Assembly: GCA_002269645.1 (NCBI GenBank)
Contig: NIVC01000110.1
Span: forward strand, 1 to 64,000
Reading direction: 5' to 3'
DNA: 64,000 nucleotides
DNA from: Macrostomum lignano
Lineage: Eukaryota
The position numbers were made by a program, and so were the translations under genes. Of this stretch, positions 12,901-21,469 are shown one piece after another. Position 1 is the stretch's first letter. Every line of letters begins with the position of its first letter. Under the pieces are notes generated by a model. That model had not been told where the DNA came from, did not search any database, and saw nothing but the letters and a program-made list of their open reading frames with translations.

Positions 12901-14857
12901 AATCTCCAAGGCTAGCTATACCTAATTCCATTATGCATCTCATGACCAAACAAGCCTAACTTTAAACAAATAATCTTTGAATACAATGTGAATTCTGGCA
13001 TTTATTTTAGGGTTATCATTCAGCCAGTGAGTTCATTGTAACTCAGCACCCGACAGTCAATACCACTGGAGATTTTCTTCGAATGGTCTGGGAGCAAAAC
13101 TGTGCGACAATAGTGTGCCTCCAGCCGCCCGAGGATCCGCTACCTTGCTGTCCTTGGGCTGAACACAATTCTGAACACCTGCAGTTGCAGCTTCGGTAAG
13201 GGCTTCTGAATTGTTTGGGTGCATTCCAACCCACAGAATATACCGCGATGTACACCATGTTTTTTAGTGGATGTCTTGGATGTCAGCTGGTTATGGAGAT
13301 GATGTCACCGAAGGGCCGATATAGCTTGAGATCACACTTAGGCTGAAGTCAATTTAGCAGCACAAATAAGCGCTTCGTTCTTTGATTAACTTCGCAATTC
13401 TGTAGATTTACGGAATGCCCTATGCATTTTAGCTTTTTATGAAGCCATATGTTGGAGACGGACCAACGCGTTAATCTGATGTGCCAGCGGCCCAGGCTCG
13501 ATTCCAAGTGCAGTCACATTAATTTGTGGCTAAATTGGAATTTCGGCTTGGCTCCTGCAATTGACACCCTCGAGGGCCAACAGTGAGGTGTGCATGCCTA
13601 GCTATAGCGATAAATACAGTCAGGGCCGCTGTAAACTCCTGTGTGAGTGTGTGCCTGTGCGTATGACTGCGTACGTATCCTTGCGCTTGGTGCCTGCTCA
13701 GGGGAGTCGGCGGAACGGGCAGCAATGCCTGTCGACAGTTGCGTGACAATGTCGTTTAAAGTGGAAAATTTTCACCCTCGCTTTCAAAGCCATCGAGAAG
13801 AGTTTTCGTTTGCTGTGCGTCAGGAACTCCAGCTATCAACGCCCCGAGACGACTGCAGTCTCGCCACGGCCGTCTGGACTCTGCGACGATGGCCGCAGAC
13901 GCTGGGCGAGTCGCGCGAACTCATGCAGCTGGTGACAGCCGTTGAAGGCGAGACTTCCTGCGCCTCGAACCCGGCCGGTGGTAAAAATTCGCCAATTATT
14001 GTAGTTGACGGGTGAGTCTTATCGGTCAGCCTAGACTCAGTTTTTATATAAGCACCGTATTTGAGTACTGATATGCCAATAATTATTTCAGTTTTGGTGG
14101 CAGCTATGCCGGCATATTCTGCTGTCTTTGCACTCTTCATCACCAGCTGCTGCACGAGGACTGCGTCGATGCTTACTCGTTGTTTAAAATCTACCACAGC
14201 TTGAGACCTGGAATCTTTTACTCACAGGTAGGCGTCTCGAAAACTCACATAATATTTGTTATTTGAGGTGCTACCAACTGACAAGATGTAACATCCTCTC
14301 ATAAGTAAAATCTAGTTAAGTAATATCAAAGTAACGTCTCAATAGCATCTTTCTAACAATTACGGCGCATCTCCATTTCGGCTAGGTAACTTTTACGTAA
14401 GTACGTATTATACGTATTACATATTAACTACAAGCTTTAAAGAGCACCTAGAGGTCTTAGTATCTCTGAAGGATTGATTTAACAACATACAGTACACGTA
14501 TAAGTAAAAAAATCTAGCTAAATAACGTCACTTATCTCTCAAATTAAGGCCGATCTTCAGTTCATCTACGAGGTGATTGAGTACCACGCCAGACTATTGA
14601 CGGCGGCCAGAACTTTGGCGAGGTCAACGGCTTTGTCAGCATCGTTGGCTACGTCGGGCCATTCGCGGCGGCAGCAGCAGCAGAGAAGGCGGTCGCCGGG
14701 TCGGCAGTGGTCTCTGACAAGGCTGAGACAAGCGCTGGGCTCGACTGCGTCCTCGGCGACGCTATCGGCTCCTCCTGGAGAGTCCAGCGCCGCGACGCCT
14801 CTGGTTGGCCTGGCGAGCGGCTCGACTGGAGCCGGCGGCTGCGGGGTTCTGCCTTGA
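959..14857 (+). CDS. Receptor-type protein tyrosine phosphatase (signal peptide, Ig, FN3 repeats, TM, active D1, pseudophosphatase D2); PTP99A/PTPRG-Z-like
   Basis: Phase-consistent GT-AG exons: 959-1000 (MSCRFRLCYLLGIL), 2716-3135 (Ig, C...W...GLYNC; 1-nt frameshift near 3102), 4935-5627 (FN3), 6080-6727 (FN3), 7749-8261 (TM; this junction is the least certain), 8505-8789 (KNRHPDVYP), 9781-9860 (YDHNRV..DYINAS), 9945-10079 (YIACQSP..DFWLMVWE), 10450-10766 (KCDQYWP, WPDCGVP, VVHC), 11557-11839 (SAGTGRTG, VQTVQQY), 12587-12778 (GSDYINA), 13011-13195, 13790-14011 (PIIVVDG), 14092-14227 (FGGSYAG..RPGIF), 14549-14857. An ATG-free 5' leader exon starts at about 615. Confidence 0.93.
1075..1225. 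repeat. Degenerate GGGATA(A/T)T low-complexity repeat, intron 1 of RPTP
   Basis: Repeated ggataatg/ggatatt/gaatgggatttt units. Confidence 0.85.
1719..2442. repeat. 23-bp minisatellite (CAGGTGTCACTGGCACTGAATTG)n, about 31 copies
   Basis: Period of 23 read directly (e.g. 2041 to 2064). Confidence 0.98.
3143..3278. repeat. Degenerate (GGAAATAGGGTGTG)-like repeat directly after a splice donor
   Basis: Repeated ggaaat..gtgtg units starting about 7 nt after the GT at 3136. Confidence 0.85.
3650..4004 (+). mobile_element. tRNA-derived SINE, copy 1
   Basis: B-box-like GGCTCGATTCC and an A-rich tail at 3998-4004. The body is homologous to 13477-13764 and 30937-31185. Confidence 0.8.
8936..9540. repeat. 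20-bp minisatellite (CTCCTGTCTCTTGGTAGGCG)n with a 280-bp higher-order duplication
   Basis: Period of 20. The variant block starting at 9001 recurs at 9281. Confidence 0.97.
13460..13764 (+). mobile_element. tRNA-derived SINE, copy 2 (RPTP intron)
   Basis: atgtgccagcggcccaggctcgattccaagtgcagtcacatt...acaatgtcgtttaaagtg matches copies 1 and 3. Confidence 0.8.
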
Positions 14858-15998
14858 TTGAGTCTGTGCTCAATCAGCCTGAATGATTTTTTCGAATACA
14901 TAAGTTTTGTGCCTTGTAAAACCGCCGCGCACCAAACACAATTACGAGAAAAGTACAAAAGTTTTACGCAAAACAACAGAAAAATCTTCTCGCTACTGAG
15001 CATGATGAACTAAAATTAATTTAGTAACCATTAACTAAATTAACGATGGCTTGAGCAAAACCTGAGCAAGCTTGTAACGTTCTACTGTATCCCCACGATT
15101 GACTCACAAATCATCGGATCAGCAAGATGTGATTTGTTAAAACTAATTGCACCGATCTTTGTTTCAATTGTTGCGAACTTATAATTTATAGTTACCATCT
15201 ACCAAATACCCACTGCTAAAAAATTCAACTAATGTAGCTCGTATTTTGCTCTTTTTGTTTTGCTTTTTTTCTTGTGAAATTGCTATACACACTGCGCTCT
15301 TGCTTAGCTGCTGTGCCATCTTGACTTGCTCTAGACAGAGTGGCATATTCCGGCCACTTCAATGCTATATTTAGAGTGCAAAGCTACCGAGATCTTCACT
15401 GATCACCTTTGTAAGCTCTGTGAGTTGAACTATTGTATATGACTTGTGGTATTCACTCCGCCATCGATAGACAGATGGCCTTTGGATCAAGTTGACAAAA
15501 ATGTACAGTTCTAGAATTTCAATGATGAATTTGTCGGTTTTAAGCTGCTAGATACTAATAGTAGCCAAGTGGAATTCGAATTCATATGTTTAATTATCCA
15601 AAAGTTTGGTCTGCTCGATCGTATGTAATTGATTGTTGAAGGTGGTGTTCGATAAGTTCTGAATGCCATTCATGGCTCATTCGATTTCCCCTTGGCTTAG
15701 CTTTCAGTCCAGGTGGGAAGTACAGTACGAGTCTGATCTTTGCCGCTTTTTGCTCAACCTCAAGTTGCAGGTTGTGTGGCCGGGGGTGAAATGTTGTGAG
15801 GGGTCGACTGACAACTTCGGCCGCTGAATGAGTCAAGCATGCATGCGAAAGGGGTTTATAAATCCATCGTTGACAAACTTCTTTTGATAATAATCGAAAT
15901 ACGAGACGAATATAACTGTTCCGGATTGGAGAGGCGATGAGGTAAGCAAGACCACACCCATAAATTTTATTAGAAACAGGTGCGCAACTTGAAAACTT

Positions 15999-16150
15999 TG
16001 TAGCCTATAGAGGTTAGAGCGTCGGACTCACAACTGAAAGGTCGAGGGTTCGATTCTCGATCCACTCGGAACAATTTGTGTTCGGGAGCAAAACACAACT
16101 CTGCATTGCTTCAATTTACCCAGCTGTAAAATGGGTGCCAGCATTAGCAG
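15999..16150 (+). mobile_element. tRNA-head SINE of a second family, with a CORE-like segment
   Basis: A-box-like tagcctatagaggtt and B-box GGTTCGATTCT, followed by ...cccagctgtaaaatggg, which resembles the CORE-SINE motif. Confidence 0.6.
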
Positions 16151-17066
16151 CGGCAATTAACCACTTAAGCTCCGCCTGAAATCCAAAGCACGCTGAAAAA
16201 ACCATGGATGAATGAATAGAATGGATTGCTATTCTGGCTCTGGCTATTTTCGTTTTTGACTCTTTTGCATCCGGTTCCCCCCGTGCCTTTTCATTGGTTG
16301 ATGATTGCCATAGACAATTTTCGGCCTTCGCCCCTTTCTTTCGATGCACAAGCGCTTTCGCTCGTGTTTTGAAATAAAGGGGGAAGACCTACGAGCGCTC
16401 GATATTCTCTGCAAGTAACTGACATTCTCAGTTCTTTGCGCCTGTGCATCGAAAGAAAGGGGCGAAGGCCGAAAACTGTCCATGGCAATCATCAACCAAC
16501 GAAAAGGCACGGGGGGGAACCGGATGCAAAAGAGTCAAAAACGAAAATAGCCAGAGCCAGAATAGCAATCCATTCTATTAGTGAAGGGGAGGCAAAGACA
16601 AGACAAACCAAGTGTGGCGATGGCGAGGCAGCGAAAAGCCAGAGGATGCAACCCTCAGACGATCGTATTTATTTCATGACTTGTTAAAACGAATTAAACT
16701 GATTAAAAATTATAATTAGCGAGGAAAAAAAATTCAACCGCGAGCAACCCCGCGCAGCCACAAAGGTGGCGGCCTAAATAGGCACGCGCACGCACCAACG
16801 CACCCACCACCCCACCAGACAGCCAGCACCCAAACAGCACTAACAGCGGTTAGCCCTCGCGGGCTCGCGCAAACCGATGCATTAGTGAAGGGGAGGCAAA
16901 GACAAGACAAACCGAGTGTGGCGATGGCGAGGCAGCGAAAAGCCAGAGGATGCAACCCCAAGGCCAAACAAACAAATGAATGAACGAAGGAGAGAATTTA
17001 CGAAACGGCGGAAATAAGGCTGGGGATAAGAACGGAAATAAAACTTTAAACACAAGCAAAAGTTAC

Positions 17067-18110
17067 TCAAAGGCAACTCTCGTTAAAAGCACCAGCAAAA
17101 CGCGAACCAGCCCGCACAGAATCAGCAGATGGAAGGTAGGCAGTCACAGCATCACTTCGCCAGTCACCGATGCACTTCACCTCCTGAACAGATAGTCCGA
17201 GACGGTAGGCCCAGGTGGCACCACCTCTGCGCAGGCTGTGCGCTGAGAAAGAACGAGCGTCCTGCTCAGCAGTTGCTAGGCAGCGCTTGAGGAACCTGTC
17301 GAATCTTGAGGCAGACAGGACAACAGAGGATCCGCTCGCCAACTGGTAGGAGAACACAGGCTGCCTGCAGCCAAGCTTGCTGACACGGAGGTGACCCTCT
17401 AGCGCAGCCACTGGGCAAAGCGGATGTCCTTCTTTTAGCCTTGGAAGCAACACCCGGTGCAGCTTCGCGCCGAACTGATTCGTCTTGCCATAACTGACAG
17501 AGAGCACAACCCCCTTCGGGTGGCGTTGAAAGGCTGAGACGGAAATCGGTGAAGCGGACTGCTGACTGGGCAGGAGACTGGAGCGCCGAAACATCCCCCA
17601 CCAAGCAATAAGCGTCACAAGCCAGCAGACTCTGTCAAGCGAACTGCTCGAGTTAAGCCGGTTTTTCACAGACAGCAGCATCGCAGGCGAGATCGGCAGC
17701 TTCCGTCTTGGTCGCTGGCCCATCCTCCGTTTAGCGCCGCGAACGAGCAGTGAGACCAGGTGGTGTTTTGTTAGGTCCTCAGCACCACAGGCTTTGAACC
17801 AGCTGGACAGTGCACTGACATGGACACGCAGACTGTTGAACGATCTCAGGCGGCATTCGACCAGGTGAGCCAGGTAGTTGAGTAGCACCGACCGGTCGGA
17901 TCGAGCCGGGTTGGTCCCGTTCTCGTTGCAGAAGCTGTGCCAGGACCGGACGGCCGATGAGATCGCCCTGCGTGACTGCGGTGCGTATGCTGCGGCGAGG
18001 AGGCTGGAGGCGGTGGCGCCGAGGGTCGGCGTTGCAGGGAGGCGGCCTGTGAAAATAAAAAACGGGAGGCAAAAACAGAAAACGCGTGATCCGAAAACTC
18101 CACAGGGCAA
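17067..18110 (-). CDS. Tyrosine recombinase of the YR retrotransposon
   Basis: Catalytic residues visible: GMFRR (R), YGKT (K), HSLRRGGA (HxxR), GDW, TAYL (Y). The ORF overlaps the 3' end of pol. The true start is uncertain and may be spliced. Confidence 0.95.
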   Translation of the reverse strand: MPCGVFGSRVFCFCLPFFIFTGRLPATPTLGATASSLLAAAYAPQSRRAISSAVRSWHSFCNENGTNPARSDRSVLLNYLAHLVECRLRSFNSLRVHVSALSSWFKACGAEDLTKHHLVSLLVRGAKRRMGQRPRRKLPISPAMLLSVKNRLNSSSSLDRVCWLVTLIAWWGMFRRSSLLPSQQSASPISVSAFQRHPKGVVLSVSYGKTNQFGAKLHRVLLPRLKEGHPLCPVAALEGHLRVSKLGCRQPVFSYQLASGSSVVLSASRFDRFLKRCLATAEQDARSFSAHSLRRGGATWAYRLGLSVQEVKCIGDWRSDAVTAYLPSADSVRAGSRFAGAFNESCL

Positions 18111-19759
18111 ACTGGTACAGACCCGTAAACACGGAAAATAAAATTAAGCAACTCATGACGCGAGTGCAGGCGGGACCCTGCATCAGCAAACAGCTGATAA
18201 GCACCAGGAACGTGAAAGACCTCAAATTCAACGTCAAAACGCAGACAGAGCAACGCCACAGACTGCAGCAACCACATCAGACGCGAGTCCTTGGAGACAC
18301 CTCGCCTTAGAATCCAACACGCCGTCTCATTGTCGCAGTACACAGCAAGCCGACAACCAGCCAAGGATTGGCCCCATCTCAAAACAGCCAGCAATATAAC
18401 CACAGCCTCCTTGTAATTGATGCAGTAATTCTGAAAAACACCATTTGCGTCGATCTGCCAGTCAATAAAGCACCAATCACGAATCCCATCACCGTCACGG
18501 AGCACCGCCGCGGCGCCTGAAGACGACGAGTCAGTCTCTATGGCAACACAAGCCCTCGGCGAAGTCCACAGGCCAACACCGATGCGATGCTGCAAAGCCA
18601 ACCGCCACCAGGAGAGGTGGTGCACCACGGAGGGACTAACAAGAACCCTGTCATGAGGTCGATGCAGCTTGTTAACAATGTCGATAAGAGGTCGGAGGAA
18701 AACTCTCCCGTGCCGAACAACTTGCGACGCCCAGTTTAACTTGCCGATCAACTTCTGCAAATACGACTTTGACAGCCTTTTCTTCGAAGAGCAGAGGGAT
18801 AAAACATGCAACAAGTCTTGGACTTTTTCGGCAGGAAGAGACATCTGGCCTGCCACGCTATCAAATAAAATGCCCAGAAAGGTCATCCGCGTTGTCGGCG
18901 GAACACACTTGCTACGGTTAACGGTGAAGCCTAGCCGCTCGAGCAGATCGATGAGATGGTTGTAGAACTTCCAGCAGGACTCCAGATCTCCACAAAAGGC
19001 GAAGTCATCCATGTAGGCCTCCATAGCGTAGAAACCATGCTTCAACATCATAAAACGCACAGCTTGGCTCAGCTCGTAAAAGCAGAAGACGGAAGCCGAA
19101 GCACCAAACGGGAGCCGCGTGTCGTACAGGTACACTGGCTGGCCCTCGCCTTGGAGCTGAATCTTCATGCCTGTGACCCGGTGGTCATCAGGGTGCACAC
19201 CACATGAACGATATGCTTGCGACAGATCCACTTTGCACATGTACGCGCCGCTGTACAGCTTCGAGGCAAAGTTGCTGGCCGAAGTAAAACGCAACTTCCG
19301 TTTCGACTCAAAGAAATCATTCACAGAGGCGCCAGTTGGCAGGCTGCAGTCGTGAATAAGGCGGATGGAAGACGAATCCGCCTTAGGGATCGCACCAAGT
19401 GCACTAACGATGAGCGGCCGGTTGCCTGCCTGGCAGCGCCTGTAGCGGTCCTGCTTGAGCTCCTGGCGCACCTGGGCCTCAACAGCTTGCTGGTGAATGG
19501 TAGCTGATCTGTGATTTGCCATCTCAGTGTGGTTCTTACAATCCATCACTTTATTAGTAATTCGAAAGCCATTCTTCACACCATCGAGCACGAACCTGAC
19601 ACGGTCCTCCGGCATCTCGGTCCCAGCCAGCTCTTCCCGCCAAACCGCAAACACAAGGTCGCTCGACAACTCAGTTGAACTCGGGTCACATAGGGGGAGC
19701 TCCCCCGTGGGGGCACAGGAGGGCGACCCGACGGCAGACATTGAGTCCTGTGCCCCCAC
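17846..19759 (-). CDS. Reverse transcriptase-RNase H (pol) of the YR retrotransposon
   Basis: RLIHDCS, KVDLSQAY, LPFG, YMDDF, FLG; RNase H motifs TDSS, INYKE, YCDN, HVPG..AD. Confidence 0.97.
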   Translation of the reverse strand: MGAQDSMSAVGSPSCAPTGELPLCDPSSTELSSDLVFAVWREELAGTEMPEDRVRFVLDGVKNGFRITNKVMDCKNHTEMANHRSATIHQQAVEAQVRQELKQDRYRRCQAGNRPLIVSALGAIPKADSSSIRLIHDCSLPTGASVNDFFESKRKLRFTSASNFASKLYSGAYMCKVDLSQAYRSCGVHPDDHRVTGMKIQLQGEGQPVYLYDTRLPFGASASVFCFYELSQAVRFMMLKHGFYAMEAYMDDFAFCGDLESCWKFYNHLIDLLERLGFTVNRSKCVPPTTRMTFLGILFDSVAGQMSLPAEKVQDLLHVLSLCSSKKRLSKSYLQKLIGKLNWASQVVRHGRVFLRPLIDIVNKLHRPHDRVLVSPSVVHHLSWWRLALQHRIGVGLWTSPRACVAIETDSSSSGAAAVLRDGDGIRDWCFIDWQIDANGVFQNYCINYKEAVVILLAVLRWGQSLAGCRLAVYCDNETACWILRRGVSKDSRLMWLLQSVALLCLRFDVEFEVFHVPGAYQLFADAGSRLHSRHELLNFIFRVYGSVPVCPVEFSDHAFSVFASRFLFSQAASLQRRPSAPPPPASSPQHTHRSHAGRSHRPSGPGTASATRTGPTRLDPTGRCYSTTWLTWSNAA

Positions 19760-19767
19760 CTCGCACG

Positions 19768-20859
19768 CTAGTTTTTTGAAAATTGGCCCGGGTCCCCATC
19801 AGCGTGGGCTCGGGCTTCAGAGTGCGGCTGTGAGCACCTGCGGCACTGATGGGCGAAGCGGCAGTGAGTTCTGTTGCAGCCGCTAAGACTGTTGAAGTCG
19901 AAACAGACAGGTGGCTGCGTTCGCTTTTTAGGCGCTGTTGCGCTTATCATTTTTGTTGGTGCCATCAAGTGTGTTGCCACCAGACCCAGGTCTGCGCTAA
20001 CAGCGCTCCACCGCGTTCCATCATGCTGGAGAAGCCGACATTCGTCATCATATCTCATGACTTTAGTGCGATCGAAGCCTAAATCTAGCAGGTCACCAAT
20101 TCTAGCGTTATGTCGGAGATGATCGATCAACTCGGATGAATCGATTCTGCCATCAACAATGCGCAGCAGTTTGCCATCACGCAGCATTTGCACCAGTAAG
20201 TTACAGCTACCGGAGATGAAATCGCCAAACGACAGTGACTCGGGACTGACGTGTCTCAACCTCTCTGGCTTTGCCGCTCCCACAACAGACTGGCTTCCTT
20301 GTCTCCGCTTACGCTCACTGATAAAATCAACGACTCTGTACACCGCCGGCGCCTGAGCATGCGAAGTTGCAGCCCCAGCCTGCCCGAGTATACACTCGCC
20401 AACCAAATCATGCCACTCACCGGGAGTCTGATCACGTTCTCTCGCAGCCGCCGTGCCACTGTGACGCGCTTCAGCGAGCTCGGCTTCGAGCTGAGCCTCT
20501 CTTTTTTTCAGGTCCAGCAGCCGAATGCGCAGTTCAGTCTCTCGCAGCTGATCCTCGAGACCGCCTCCCGTCGCCGCCCGACCCTCGGCCGAGGCGCCCA
20601 CCGCCGGTAGCATCTCGTCCTCAGGTGGAGCCAGACTTAGCTCGGGTGCGCCCGCATTCGTCGGTGATGTCTTGTCATCTTGAGCACGACGAGATGAGCC
20701 TCTGTCCTGCTCCAACGCCTGCCGCTCAAGCTCCTTGGCAATGCTGAGTTTTAGACGACTTGTTAGCTCTTGCTTATTGCCATTAGTAGGCAGGCCGCGC
20801 TCACTAAGGGCTTCTCGTAGCGCTTTGTTAGTTGCGGGCAGTACAAGGCTATCTGCCAT
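19768..20859 (-). CDS. Gag-like ORF1 with an N-terminal SAP motif and a C-terminal Cys/His finger
   Basis: LREALSERGLPTNGNKQELTSRL (SAP consensus); coiled coil; C-terminal CFDFNSLSGCNRTHCRFAHQCRRCSQPH. Confidence 0.9.
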   Translation of the reverse strand: MADSLVLPATNKALREALSERGLPTNGNKQELTSRLKLSIAKELERQALEQDRGSSRRAQDDKTSPTNAGAPELSLAPPEDEMLPAVGASAEGRAATGGGLEDQLRETELRIRLLDLKKREAQLEAELAEARHSGTAAARERDQTPGEWHDLVGECILGQAGAATSHAQAPAVYRVVDFISERKRRQGSQSVVGAAKPERLRHVSPESLSFGDFISGSCNLLVQMLRDGKLLRIVDGRIDSSELIDHLRHNARIGDLLDLGFDRTKVMRYDDECRLLQHDGTRWSAVSADLGLVATHLMAPTKMISATAPKKRTQPPVCFDFNSLSGCNRTHCRFAHQCRRCSQPHSEARAHADGDPGQFSKN

Positions 20860-21469
20860 GATTCAGCAAAAAAATTCAACCGCGAGCTTTCGCTCGTGTT
20901 TTGAAATAAAGGGGGAAGACCTACGAGCGCTCGATATTCTCTGCAAGTAACTGACATTCTCAGTTCTTTGCGCCTGTGCATCGAAAGAAAGGGGCGAAGG
21001 CCGAAAATTGTCTATGGCAATCATCAACCAATGAAAAGGCACGGGGGGGGGAACCGGATGCAAAAGAGTCAAAAACGAAAATAGCCAGAGCCAGAATAGC
21101 AATCCATTCTACAATATTCATTCATCCATGGAAAAAACCCACTGGCTGCAGAGCGGCCATAGACAATTCTAACCCCAGATTCACTCACCCCGAGCCTACC
21201 CGATAGGACCACGTAGACAAAGTCGAAGACTCTGATAAAATCTGTGTTCTTGACTCTATGGTGGAGAGTAAAAAAGAGAAAGAAAGAAGTCTCTCCCGTG
21301 AAGCTAAACTGTCACACTCTGTTTTCTTTACTTTTTATCTGCTCTTGCATGGCTGAGCGTCGCCAACCTTTCGACGACTCTTTTTCTCTTCACATCTGGC
21401 CAAATTGGGACCGGTGTAATCATCAATTTTTAAATACTGGCAAATATTTTTACCCATTTAGCCTAAGCG

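Larger units (their letters stand above)
16577..20887 (-). mobile_element. Tyrosine-recombinase retrotransposon (DIRS order, Ngaro-like, split direct repeats)
   Basis: gag, RT/RNaseH and YR ORFs are intact and no methyltransferase domain is visible. The B repeat occurs at 16577-16655 and 16881-16958; a 20-bp A remnant occurs at 16725-16745 and 20868-20887. Confidence 0.93.
16203..21130. mobile_element. Composite: P-superfamily-type TIR element (CATGG...CCATG, 8-bp TSD GAAAAAAC) enclosing a YR retrotransposon
   Basis: TIRs at 16203-16350 and 20975-21130 are near-identical apart from small indels. GAAAAAAC occurs at 16195-16202 and 21131-21138. CANRG termini with an 8-bp TSD are the P-superfamily signature. 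Confidence 0.85.

Noticed and set aside
15999-16075. Possible tRNA gene
   Set aside because: A and B boxes are present, but I found no complete acceptor stem or T-run terminator, and it continues into a CORE-like body. It is better explained as a SINE.
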